DNA from: Macrostomum lignano
Lineage: Eukaryota
Assembly (NCBI GenBank): GCA_002269645.1
Contig: NIVC01003362.1
Span: 1 to 64,000, forward strand
Direction: 5' to 3'
DNA length: 64,000 bases
Shown one piece after another: positions 39,026 through 52,204 of this stretch (position 1 is its first letter; each line of letters begins with the position of its first letter). The notes beneath the pieces were generated by a model. It ran no database searches. It was not told the DNA's origin and worked only from the letters and a program-made list of their open reading frames with translations. Position numbers and translations under genes: made by a program.

Positions 39026-41104
39026 ATGGCAGCCAACCGAGCTACACAGCAAAAGCGCCGATCTGTGAGTTTCATTAGAATTGTGCTCAAATAATACCTG
39101 TAATTCCTTCAAAAGTATCCATATGCACTAAAAATCGCCGTACAATCTCTAAATCATCTATTTACAGCCACACAGGTCATTCCTGTACATCCCCACAGAT
39201 CATTTCTGTACATCCTCACAGCTCATTTCTGTACAACATCCCTACAGATCATTTCTGTACATCCCCACAGATCATCCCTGTACATTCCCACAGATTCCCA
39301 CAGATTCCCACAGATCATCCCTGTACATTCCCACAGATTCCCACAGATCATCCCTGTACATTCCCACAGATCATCCCTGTACATTCCCACAGATCATCCC
39401 TGTACATACCCACAGATCATCCTTGTACATTCCCTCAGATTCCCACAGATCATCCCTGTACGTCCCCACAGATCATCCCTGTACATACCCACAGGTCATC
39501 CCTGTACATACCCACAGATCATCTCTTCTACCTCCACACAGATCATTCCTGTACATACCCACAGATCATCCCTGTACATACCCACAGATCATTCCTGTAC
39601 ATACCCACAGATCATCCCTGTACATACCCACAGATCATCCCTGTACATACCCACAGATCATCCCTGTACATACCCACAGATCATCCCTGTACATACCCAC
39701 AGATCATCCCTGTACATACCCACAGATCATCCCTGTACATACCCATAGATCATCCCTGTACATACCCACAGATCATCCCTGTACATACCCACAGATCATC
39801 CCTGTACATACCCACAGATCATCCCTGTACATACCCATAGATCATCCCTGTACATACCCCAGGTCATTCCTGTACATACCCACAGATCATTCCTGTACAT
39901 ACCCACAGATCATCCCTGTACATACCCACAGATCATCCCTGTACATACCCACAGATCATCCCTGTACATACCCACAGATCATCCCTGTACATACCCATAG
40001 ATCATCCCTGTACATACCCCCAGGTCATTCCTGTACATACCCACAGATCATTCCTGTACATACCCACAGATCATCCCTGTACATACCCACAGATCATCCC
40101 TGTACATACCCACAGATCATCCCTGTGTACATCCCTGCAGATAATCCCTGTTCACCGCAGGCACAGAGCTGCTTATTGCTGAGCAAGAAACCCATTTACT
40201 CACAATTTCATTCACAGGGCTGTCTGAAAGGTGGTGCAGCCGCCGAGGCTTCAGCATCGCCGTCGCCTTCAGATGCAAATGCTGACGACCTCCAGCTGCC
40301 GGGCTGGGGCGGTCAGAGCCCGGTGGCACCTCGTTACGCCCTGTCAATGCTGGACTCCGGGCTGAAGATTCGACTCACAGCTCGGCGCGAGCTGCACGAG
40401 GAGCTGGAGCAGCAAGGGCCGGACAATGACTCCAGTGAGTGCTGAGCTGCTTCCAATCAGCTGTTTCAGTTGTGAAAGGGGCGAGAAATGACTAGTGAAT
40501 GACTCTGAGCAAATTTTTCCTTCTAGAAGCAGCAGCAGCCTCGCCAAAACCAGAGCCTATGCCGATGCCGCCCGAGCTTCTGGAATCTGATGGCGAAGAG
40601 CTGCTGGAAGAGGGCGGCGACAGTGACATTGAGGATGCCGCGGCGCCGCAGCTGCAGACGCCGCCGCCACCGCGAAACACAGTCGAGATTGTGTACACTG
40701 TGGATAGCGTGCAGCTGTCAGCGAGTGGCACCATTGACTTCAGCTCGAGCTGCCCACCCCTCAGCATCAAGCGGTTAATCCCGATCGCCTCTGTACCGTT
40801 GGGTTCCACTCGGCAGCCGCCAGCGCTGGCCACAGTGCGCGGAGCCGGCCTCGGCCTGGCCAGGCTGGTGGACAGGATGTACGATCGGCAGCTCGGGCTG
40901 CTAGCTGATGCCGACTACGGCGAAGGAGAGGGCGAGTTTCCGCTACTCCTGCTGCCTGCTGCCCGTCTGCCATGGGCCTCCCTGACTGTCCACCGCCTGC
41001 CCGAGGCAGCGCCGGCGGCCTCCATCGACCCGGCACCGCCGCCGGATTGGTGGCTGGCGTCCGACGGGCCCGACAGCGAAGTCAACCTCAACAGCCTGCG
41101 GCGG
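39026..41104 (+). CDS. Spliced gene of unknown product (partial model; probably continues downstream)
   Basis: Exons 39026-39064 (MAANRATQQKRRS, GTGAGT donor), 40161-40434 and 40527-41104. Phases join consistently (0, 1), composition is GC-rich like the other exons, and no family is recognised. Confidence 0.55.
39170..40145. repeat. Intronic minisatellite, 23-bp unit ATACCCACAGATCATCCCTGTAC
   Basis: About 40 copies; gives the spurious 23-aa periodic ORF. Confidence 0.97.
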
Positions 41105-41125
41105 GTGAGTCCGTGGCGGGTTGGC

Positions 41126-41940
41126 TGATTCTTCAGTGCCCCTCCCTGATTCTTCAGTGCCCCTCCCTGATTCTTCAATGCCCTTCCCTGATTCTTCAGT
41201 GCCCCTCCCTGATTCTTCAATGCCCTTCCCTGATTCTTCAGTGCCCCTCCCTGATTCTTCAATGCCCCTCCCTGATTCTTGAGTGCCCCTCCCTGATTCT
41301 TCAGTGCCCCCTCCCTGATTCTTGAGTGCCCCTCCCTGATTCTTCAATGCCCCTCCCTGATTATTGAGTGCCCCCCTCCCTGATTCTTCAGCCCCACTCC
41401 CTGATTATTCAGAGCCCCTCCCTGATTCTTCAGCCCCACTCCCTGATTATTCAGAGCCCCTCCATGATTATTCAGAGCCCCTCCCTGATTATTCAGAGCC
41501 CCTCCCTGATTCTTCAATGCCCCTCCCTGATTCTTCAGTGCCCTCCCTGATTCTTCAGTGCCCCTCCCTGATTCTTCAGTGCCCCTCCCTGATTCTTCAA
41601 TGCCCCTCCCTGATTCTTCAGTGCCCCTCCCTGATTCTTCAGTGCCCCTCCCTGATTCTTCAGTGCCCCTCCCTGATTCTTCAATGCCCCTCCCTGATTC
41701 TTCAGTGCCCCTCCCTGATTCTTCAGTGCCCCTCCCTGATTTTTCAATGCCCCCTTCCTGATTCTTGAGTGCCCCCCTCCCTGATTCTTCAATGCCCCTC
41801 CCTGATTCTTTAGTGCCCCCTTCCTGATTCTTGAGTGCCCCCCTCCCTGATTCTTCAATGCCCCTCCCTGATTCTTCAGTGCCCCTCCCTGATTCTTCAG
41901 TGCCCCTCCCTGATTCTTCAGTGCCCCTCCCTGATTTTCA
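41126..41940. repeat. Minisatellite, 21-bp unit CCCCTCCCTGATTCTTCAGTG
   Basis: About 38 copies, starting about 20 bp after the 41105 donor. Confidence 0.97.
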
Positions 41941-43350
41941 GTCCACTACCCTGATTTTCACTCTCTCTGATTTTTAGTCCACTCTCCCTGATTTTCAGTC
42001 CACCTTCCCTAATTTTCATTCTGATTTTCAGTCCTATTACTGATCCCCTAGCTGGTGCCGCTACCCTGTACTGTTTTCTGAGAAGCCTCATCTAAAATCC
42101 AGGCAGCAAATTAACTGCATTGTTGATAAATTTCAGAGCAACATCTTCAGGCAGCAATTTGGTTAGTACATCGCAAAATGTCACCCGGAGGTCCTACTGG
42201 CCCGCGAGATACTGCTAACAGTAGTGACACACAGTTAACTTTCTGTACACTATTCTGGCGTATTTTTCAGTGTGCATTCAGCTGTTTTTTTTCTCAATTA
42301 TAATTCTGTCAATCATCGCTCATCTCCGGCTAAGCCTTGATCAATTTTCTCCCATCTTGCAAGTTCCTGTTTCCTGTAAAGTTTTTCTGCCACTAAGGAT
42401 GTCATCTTTGCATACGTAATTTATTCAGCTTTTTGTACAGTAAATTTAATTAAAAGTGTATGTAGATATTGGTTTTGCTAGATGTGTTAAAATAAATATT
42501 AATTTTATACTAATAGTATTAGTTACAGTTTATTTTAGACATTACACTATGCCAAAGGCTGCTGCTTATTTTCCTGTGTCACTCTGTCTGACCGCGTATA
42601 ACTCGAAGTGGAGCTTTTTAAAAGCAGAGTTTGTCCTCTTGTTTTAAACAAATAACTTGTCCTTTTACTCGAGAGTTAGATTTTAAAGATAATTTTGTTA
42701 AAATATCAGTAGCGCAACTGCCACCTGCCTCTTGAGTTGTTTTTGTTGTCTTTTTGTACATAAAGTTTCATTAATTTTATCACGTCTGCAAAATTCTGTT
42801 TTTAATAAATTAACTGCTTCGAGAAATAAATAAATTGAAAAAAATAAGACTCGTGATTGTTTAAAAGTTAACTAATTTGATATATGGATATTCTGTCCGA
42901 AGTGAATAATCAATATTTACTTTATCCAGTGTCCAATGCAAGTAGATATTTTAGCAAATACAAAATGGCAACATGTAATTTTGTCAGTCTGCACAGACTC
43001 ACTAACACAGCTAAGCCTAACTTAGGTAAGTAGTTTAGAGTCGGGGAAGACAGACAGGGGATCAGCCACTGCCAGCACAACATGGCTGGAACCCTGGGAT
43101 AGGGTAAACTGAAGGTTAAATTATTATAGACAAACTAAAGTTGAGAAATGTACCTCAGTAGTGGTTGAAGTAAGCAATTAGTAAATTATTGCAATAGTAT
43201 TACAATATACACTTTGACTCGACAAAATACTGAAGTAAATCAACCGCAGCTGGCCTCTACAGTTACGGCTCGAATAAATGTGCAATTTATGAAAGATTTT
43301 CAGCTTTGTTAATCTATGGTAAATTAATTACTACTCAGGCCAGTAATGCA

Positions 43351-44154
43351 TTATACTCGGGATTCCCTAGGCTCCGAACTCATGCTGGCAGCGGGGCGCC
43401 TGCTGCTGGCTGGCAAGCTTGCAGAATGAGCTGGCTGAATTGAAAGTTTTGCTTCTGGTCGCTGCTGCCGCTGCTGCGATGGCCGCAGACTCTGTCCGTC
43501 TTGTGGAGGCTTTGATGACCTGGCTACAGGAATCGGGGCCTCCCTATGCAAGTCATTATTTGCGGCGGCGGCGGCGGGGCTCTGCCTCAGCTGCGGCAGT
43601 ATGCTCTCCAGAGTGCTCCGGACGTCCCTCGGCGTCGGCGCCGCAGACATTAATCGGCGCACTGCGGCCTCCGCATTCAGCAGGTCGAGCAGCAGGCGGC
43701 GCAGCTGCTTCTCCCATTCCTTGTCGTCGAAGTCTTTGTCGCCGGGCGCGGGTCGCAGCTGGTATTCCTGTACTTCGTTGCCATCTAAAGCCGATACGTA
43801 GCCCATGCATTTAAGCACTTCCTCGTGCAGAGCTACGTGTCTCAATGTGTGGATATAATAGCCCGTACAAGTTCTCACTTTGTGGTACTCCTGTTTCCAG
43901 GGAAACATCAGCAGGTTAAAGGTCATGTAAGCGAAGCTGTGGAATGCTGTTATCAACAGAGGCAGGCTTAGGCTACTATTGACATTTCTTAAAATCAGCT
44001 GCTGCATGAAAATATTGCGGCAAACTAACTTCTCCTTTGAATTAATCTCAGTGCATGCATCTTGGTGCACCTGCTGCCAATCAGATGGCCAGACCTCCAA
44101 GTTGTCTTTTAGGCTCCATGGTGGCTGTTGCTGGTCATCTGGAGGCCTCGCCAT
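43351..44154 (-). CDS. SPATA2/tamozhennic-like PUB-domain protein, single exon, 267 aa
   Basis: AFHSFAYMTFNLLMFPWKQEYHKVRTCTGYYIH...EEVLKCMGY resembles the SPATA2 PUB signature (NLFLYPWKKEF..IKTYTG...ILSCMGY), as recalled; intact ORF. Confidence 0.7.
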   Translation of the reverse strand: MARPPDDQQQPPWSLKDNLEVWPSDWQQVHQDACTEINSKEKLVCRNIFMQQLILRNVNSSLSLPLLITAFHSFAYMTFNLLMFPWKQEYHKVRTCTGYYIHTLRHVALHEEVLKCMGYVSALDGNEVQEYQLRPAPGDKDFDDKEWEKQLRRLLLDLLNAEAAVRRLMSAAPTPRDVRSTLESILPQLRQSPAAAAANNDLHREAPIPVARSSKPPQDGQSLRPSQQRQQRPEAKLSIQPAHSASLPASSRRPAASMSSEPRESRV

Positions 44155-46130
44155 GCATCCAGGTTTTTGAGTTGAAATTCAAAAACTATCAAAATTATGA
44201 GGCAACTTTGTTAAATTAGTGCCTTCAATATATCAAACATCTACACAAGGATATTATAGTCGTAGTACATTAGTTGAATTACTTTTAAATCTTATATCTA
44301 AAGCTGAGTGGATCTCCTAGATGGCAGCCAGCAGGCAACTCAAATGTGGGACTTATATATATCAATGCAGAATTTTCCAATGCAACAAATAGGCTATATT
44401 AATGTTGAAAATTTCAAAATTATGTTGGTTAAAAAAGCAAAAAACACTTATTAAAACTTTCTTTGGCCACTTTGCCTCTCTAGTAGAAAGGTGGTGGCAT
44501 GTTTATAAAAAAGGGTTAGAGAGGAGACAGCTATCAATTTCTAACTGCCGCTATGTATTGGAAGAAGGTGGGTTGCTATATATTAAGTAAAGTAGGTGGC
44601 CCACATTTTATGCTCAATGCAAAAAACCAAAAACCCCCATCTTGGAAATGCAATTAAATTTAATTTTATTTATATAAAGCTAAACAGCTAAAAGTTGTTA
44701 AAAATTATAAGAGATTTTTTATAACTGTTGCAATTTTAAATTTACAATTAAACTATTTAAAAAAAGTCATCAAAGATATACCTGTAGTAGAATTAAAGGT
44801 TTAGCCTATAACTATATTTTGAATTAGCTCTTTTTTTGGCACAAAGGACAATAACAATAATATATATTATTTAATGTCAATGCAATAATTAGTATCAGTT
44901 TTTTCAATTCTTTTGGTTAGTCATGTATATAAAATTTATATTTTATTACATGTATTTTATATTGTGTAAATTTAATTGAAAAATCAAATATGAAAAGTGG
45001 TTAGAGTGAACATTGTGATAGATAGTTAAAGAGATAATTGTTGGTTTGAATTTGAACTTTCACTCAATCTAAGTAGAATTTTTAGTGACAAAGCAATTGT
45101 TTTTTATTCTTTGAAAATGATACTGATGATTGATATTCACTGATGTGATGGAGAGCTTCAGATAAAAAATCTGCAAGAGGAAGGATTAACAAAAAAGTAT
45201 ATAATCAATGTTTTTGTTTGGGAGCTATGCAGAAAGATGATAAGAAAACGGAAACCAAAGCAATTAAAATATTAATTACTCAGTGTTCCAAACATGTTCT
45301 GTACAGTAAGGAGCGAATCAGGAGCTGAGGTAATTTTATGGAACAGGCTTAATATAGTATTGTATAGTAATCGTTAATACGTTGCAAGAACACCCGTTTA
45401 AATACGATGTTATTGATAAATACAACAAACAAGAACAGCCTTTTGTAATACTTTATTTTCAAAAAATCAGTAAATTTCTTTAAAATGCCGTGTAAAATGT
45501 GAAAATCTAAAAGTAGCATATATATTACTAGTAAATTTTGTTTTAACTTTTGTATCCACAACACTACCGAGTGCGGCAATTCAGTTTTCAACATCTTTTA
45601 CTTTTCTGCACTGAGAACAGCTAAACGCAAGCGATTCGACTAGCACAGCGATTGTAGCGATAGTTAAATTCCTTAATGTATAACTTTCTAATGGTACATA
45701 AATATATTTAAAATTTAAGCATCCAAAATCGTTCCAAATCTGTCACATGTGGTTTCTTATTTCAGTATAAATTTTGTGAACGTACTAAGAGAAGTTTTTT
45801 ATTCCACCTTGCCTAAAAATTTTAAATTCTGTAGATGAGTATTTATATATTTTATTGCTTTAGATGGAGAAGAAAGCTGTGGTAGATACTGCAGCACAAA
45901 ACATTTTTGCAGACAAGAGATACAACTTTTATTTACATTCGTCAAGCTGAAAATCAAAATAATATACCTGAAACTAAAAACTATTAGCTTCTTGATGATC
46001 AGCAGGATTAATTAAAATTTTACCTGAATTAATAACCAGCTTACTTTCTATATGGTTTTTTATGTACCTAAATGAGATGAGCATTGAATATAATTTTGTT
46101 TCTAGCAAATGAATAACTGCATATACAAAT

Positions 46131-46413
46131 GGCAATGGCTTGAGTTCCGGCACCGGAACCCATTTTCTAACGGCTACGGATCCGGCATGAGATATAGATG
46201 GAACATTATATTTTTCTTTCTACATGTGGCTGATATTGAGATTTTGTTCTAGATTAAAATTAAAGACAATATGATAAGATTCAGGACGAGATGCTTCTAA
46301 TATCCAGACTTCTTAAGATATGTTCTTAGCAGTCTTTATATGCTTCTATACGGCACTGCCGGATCCCTAGCTGTTAGAAAACGGGTTCCGGTACCGGAAC
46401 TCTAGCCATTACC
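46131..46413. mobile_element. MITE, 283 bp, about 55-bp TIRs, 9-bp TSD TATACAAAT (Mutator-like)
   Basis: GGCAATGGCTTGAGTTCCGGCACCGGAACCC... versus ...GGGTTCCGGTACCGGAACTCTAGCCATTACC; TSD at 46122-46130 and 46414-46422. Confidence 0.85.
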
Positions 46414-47058
46414 TATACAAATACTTTTCTATTTTGTGCATGGGATTTAGCTAAGGCTATTTACATTTTGCATTTCACACAATGACAGTATATTATGCAA
46501 TATATATATTTATATTTTTTTATATATATATATTTATATATTTATATTTTATTTTATTTATTACCTTTCTATTAGTATAAAGAACTTCTAAATTACTCAA
46601 TAACTTTTCTTGAGTACTATTCCGCCGTACACGGTGAAACTGCAGAATTATATCACCATCGCATTGTTTGGTGCCTTCTATCGCATTCTATCCCTCAACT
46701 TTATTTTAGAAGTCTGTTCCTAGCTATAATAAAGTGGCTTCTGTAGTATGTGTTGCGTAATTGAAGACTTGAACTCATTTGATGTGTAATTAAATATTAG
46801 AGAATAAATAGAATGAAAAGCCTAAAATGCATTCAAGTTTTCAAAAATGAATGAATAGTTGCAATTTTATTGATCCAAATTCAAACTTTCAGGAAGTAAA
46901 TTTTTATATATTCATACAAAGTAAAAAGCATATTACTATGCTTTGCTCTGAAGCAGCCCCTAAGAATTTTGGCTGTTCTCACTCATAGTTAAGGTTTTTT
47001 TAAATCATTGCACTTGATTAACTCGCATGCGCCAATAGACTTGCTAAAAATAGCGATC

Positions 47059-48040
<982 letters not shown>

Positions 48041-48389
48041 AGGACGTTATTTCAGCTAAAAATATTTTGAGACACGATGTGAGGATTTTTGCATATTTTA
48101 ATGTAATCTGTAGAGAAAAAATATGAAATATAATTATTGATGCGAAGTTTTTACCGTAGCAAATGAACTAAGCTAGAAGTTTATGTCCTAAACCTGTGTC
48201 TGTTATTCTTTCCATCTATTGTCTGTATTTTTTCAAAAAAATCTTTCAACCAAAATTTGTCTGTCTTTTGGTTTAATCCACAATAAATACTTCTACAGTG
48301 CTGCTGGCGTTCTGTCCTTATGCTCGAAATTTGTTTTTGTTTTTTTAAGAAAATATATCAGCATTGACTAGCGGGCCAGCACTGCTTTC

Positions 48390-48780
48390 AGTAGGGCTGG
48401 CAGCAGGATGTCAGTAGGGATGTCAGTAGAGATGTCAGTAGGGATGGCAGCAGGATGTCAGTAGGGATGGCAGCAGGATGTCAGTAGGGATGTCAGTAGA
48501 GATGTCAGTAGGGATGGCAGCAGGATGTCAGTAGGGATGGCAGCAGGATGTCAGCAGGAATAGCAGCAGGATGTCAGCAGGAATATCAGCAGGATGTCAG
48601 AAGGGATGGCAGCAGGATGTCAGAAGGGATGGCAGCAGGATGTCAGTAGGGATGGCAGCAGGATGTCAGTAGAAGTGGCAGCAGGATGTCAGTAGGGATG
48701 GCAGCAGGATGTCAGTAGAAGTGGCAGCAGGATGTCAGTAGGGATGTCAGCAGGATATCAGAAAGGATCCCAGCAGGATG
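48390..48780. repeat. Minisatellite, about 23-bp unit GATGTCAGTAGGGATGGCAGCAG
   Basis: Degenerate tandem copies. Confidence 0.9.
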
Positions 48781-48946
48781 GACATACAAGCTAAAAGAAC
48801 ATCAGGGAAAAATCACTGGTGCACCTGCTTCCCTCGCTAATACTTCGGCAGACAAAACCTACACACGGGTTTCCAATTCAGCCAGTCACCGTGAGCAGAG
48901 CTCCAAGCCGCGCAGAAGCCCCCAAGCGCCGCAGTCGGTCATCAGC

Positions 48947-51900
48947 ATGACGGAGCCGCCGCAGCCGCAGCTGCACCAGCGGCCGGCCACGGTGGCCGCC
49001 TGCGCCCGTCTCGGCCGAGTCGTCAGCGACCCCGCACGCCGGCGCCGCTACCGCGCTGGCGGCGCTTCCAGCGCAAAGTGGCGACCTTTGGCGGTGCCTC
49101 CGCAGCCGCAGAAAGAGGTGCTTTGGAGTCTAGTAGAGTTGCAGTTAGTCTGTTCAAACATAACTTCAAAACATATAATCAGGTTAAAAAACTGAAACCA
49201 ATCCCAAACATCTCCCAAACCACGACTAAACATCTCCTAAACCATGACTTAAGCATCTCCTGAACCATGCCTAAGCAACTCCTGAACCATGACTTAAGCA
49301 TCTCCTGAACCATGCCTAAGCATCTCCTGAACCATGACTAAGCATCTCCTGAACCATGCCTAAGCATCTCCTGAACCATGCCTAAGCATCTCCTGAACCA
49401 TGCCTAAGCATCTCCTGAACCATGCCTAAGCATCCTGAACGATGTCTAAGCATCTCCTGAACCACGACTAAGAATCTCCTGAACCATGACTAAACATCTT
49501 CCGAAACGTGACTAAGCATCTCCTGAATCGTGACTAAACATCACCTAAGCCATGACTAAGAATCTCCTGAACCATGACTAAGCATCTCCTGAACCATGAC
49601 TAAACATCTTCCGAAACGTGACTAAGCATCTCCTGAATCGTGACTAAACATCACCTAAGCCATGACTAAGCATCTCCTGAACCATGACTAAACATCTTCC
49701 GAAACGTGACTAAGCATCTCCTGAATCGTGACTAAACATCACCTAAGCCATGACTAAGCATCTCCTGAATCGTGACTAAACATCACCTAAGCCATAACTA
49801 AGCATCTCCTGAACCATGACTAAGCATCTCCTGAACCATGACTAAACATCTTCCGAAACGTGACTAAGCATCTCCTGAATCGTGACTAAACATCACCTAA
49901 GCCATGACTAAGCATATCCTGAACCATGCCTAATGCATGCACAAAAATTTCAACAAGCAAACACAAGATAAAAAAAGCACACCAAATGCTCTTGCTTTCA
50001 TCCACACCCTGCTTAAACCTGCTTCTCACTAAGAACTGAAGCTGCAATGCAGTGAAAATCACCCATTCTGCTCTCCTGAACCCAATCGAACCGATACCTT
50101 CTTCACACTCAAGCCCGAGCGCGGCTTCGCCCTCTTCTCCTCGCTCACTGCCCGACGCCGTCAAGAGGCCGCTGATTTGACTCCGTCGACTCCGCCGACG
50201 CCGCTGGACGCCGGCCAGCTGTTCGCTGCAGAGCCAACGGCCGCATCAGCGTCCAGCAACGACGCTCTGGTTGGCCACCTGCGCGAGCGAGTCGATGCCC
50301 TGGCCAGCCTGCTCGAGGAGGAGCGCCAACGTCGATGCGCTGAGGTGGCGGAGCTGACGGCCGAGGCTGGCAGGTCGCTGGCGCGCCAGGCCCAGATGCA
50401 GGAGGCTGAGGTGGCCGAGCTGGCGGCCCAGCAGAGGGCTGAGCTGGCCCGCATCGCCGAAGAGAACGCCAAGATGGTAGGTGCCTTCCAACAGGGACCC
50501 AACCCTAACCCTAACCCTAACCCTAACCCTAACCCTAACCCTAACCCTAACCCTAACCCTAACCCTAACCCTAACCCTAACCCTAACCCTAACCCTAACC
50601 CTGATTCGTTGTTAATTGAAATTTAGGTTAAACCAGCAGCTCATCATTAAGAATTGATAGTAAAAGAAAAATCTGATTTTTAAAGAAACAGGTATCATGT
50701 TTTTAGGTTTGTTCAGACCAGTTTTCATTAACTGAATCCTTGCATTTTGTTATGCAACTCTGATATTGTTGAAAAATGATTTAATCCAAACTAAAACCTG
50801 CAAGTAGCATCAGGCAGCTCTAAAAGTACTTTCGCCAATCTTGCGCAGCTGCAGGCCGAGGCAGATCGCCGACGCGAGTCGCTCAGTCAGCTCGAGTCTC
50901 GCATCGAATATCTTGACGGCGGCTTTCACAGTTTTGTGCAGGCCAGCGGTCGCCGCTTCGAAGCGCGCTGGTCAGCGCGGGCCGCCGAGCTGACAGCCGA
51001 GAACGAGGCAGCTGCTAGGCAAATGGCGGAGCTGGCCGCGGCCAGGGCGGCCCAGGAGACGGAGGACCAGCTGTCGGCGGCGCGGGCGGCCAATGCGGCG
51101 GCAACGGAGCAGCTGCGTCGGCGCCAAGCCGAAGCGCTGGAGGAGTTACGGCAGTTGCACGCGCCAGACGAGGCCGCAATGCTGCAGCTGGCGGCTACAG
51201 ACGCGGAGGTCAAGGTGAGTAGGGAGGGAAAAGTCGGAATTTGTAGTCTACACTCGGCGATATTCTTTTTTACTCGAACATGTTTGCGGCATTGATTATA
51301 TCTATGGCACAATCTCTCTTGGTTAGTACGGGATTGATTATGTCTATGGCACAATCCCCCTGGCTAGTGCGGGATTGATTATGTCTATGGCACAATCTCT
51401 CTTGGTTAGTACGGGATTGATTATGTCTATGGCACAATCCCCTGGCTAGTGCGGGATTGATAATGTCTATGGCACAATCTGCCTGGATTATTCCCCTATA
51501 GACGGCGGATTCTACAATGCTGCTGAGTTTTATATGGAAAGCCTATATCTCTGGGTGTAGTTTGTACATCGTATGACAAAGAAGTAGTGAAGTTTTACGT
51601 AAAAGTTTGCCTCGAACTCATAAATACACGTAGTGACTCCAGTGCTTCAATCAATACAAACATGCGTAGCTATACTTGTAATCCTTTGCTGAAGAAGTGA
51701 AGGATTGCCAAACATTTTGAGTAGCGAAATCCATTTGAGCAGGCTTAAATCTGAGTAAGGTGTACAACGGCCCCGATTTTTCAATGTTAGACATGTACAC
51801 TCTCTGTGTTTTCGGGGTTGACCCTCAGAGGCAAGAGTTAAACAAGAGCATTTAGACAAGTTCTGCCGTCCGCCTCGAACTTGCAGAGCAAACAGTCGCA

Positions 51901-52204
51901 GCTTCAGTCGCTGCGCCAGCAGCTCAACTCCAGGGCGCGCGATCTTCGCGAGGCCCGACGCCAGCTGGCCGATGCCCAGACGGAGCTGCGTGCGGCGGCC
52001 GCGGCAGATGCCAGCAACAATGTTGAGCGCCTGGCGGAAGTCGAGGCGGCCTGGCAGGAGCGGCTGACTCGGCAGCGGACGGAGCTCGAGGATCTGCGCC
52101 GGGCCTGCGAAGAAGTCGGTGCGCCCATCGCGTCGCGGACGACTTCTCGGCGGCCGGCGGCAACGCGGCAGAGACGCGCCAGCTTCCCAGCCTCATCAGT
52201 CTAA
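48947..52204 (+). CDS. Spliced gene for an Ala/Glu/Arg/Gln-rich coiled-coil protein, family not recognised
   Basis: Exons about 48947-49117, about 50053-50476 (ATG|GTAGGT), 50849-51214 (AAG|GTGAGT) and 51887-52204 (stop). The last three join in phase 0; the first junction is uncertain. Confidence 0.65.
49215..49935. repeat. Intronic minisatellite, 22-bp unit AAGCATCTCCTGAACCATGACT with an 88-bp four-monomer higher-order repeat
   Basis: Four monomer variants recur in order several times between 49470 and 49910. Confidence 0.93.
50503..50602 (-). repeat. Intronic telomeric repeat (CCCTAA)16
   Basis: Perfect hexamers starting about 26 bp after the 50477 donor. Confidence 0.98.
51292..51480. 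repeat. Short intronic tandem repeat containing GATTGATTATGTCTATGGCACAATC
   Basis: About 4-5 copies. Confidence 0.85.

Noticed and set aside
39423-40140. 340-aa ORF start with 23-aa periodicity
   Set aside because: Read-through of the 23-bp intronic repeat; only the part after about 40161 looks exonic.
50177-50626. NP-repeat protein tail
   Set aside because: The NPNPNP part is the (CCCTAA)n tract lying after the GTAGGT donor at 50477.
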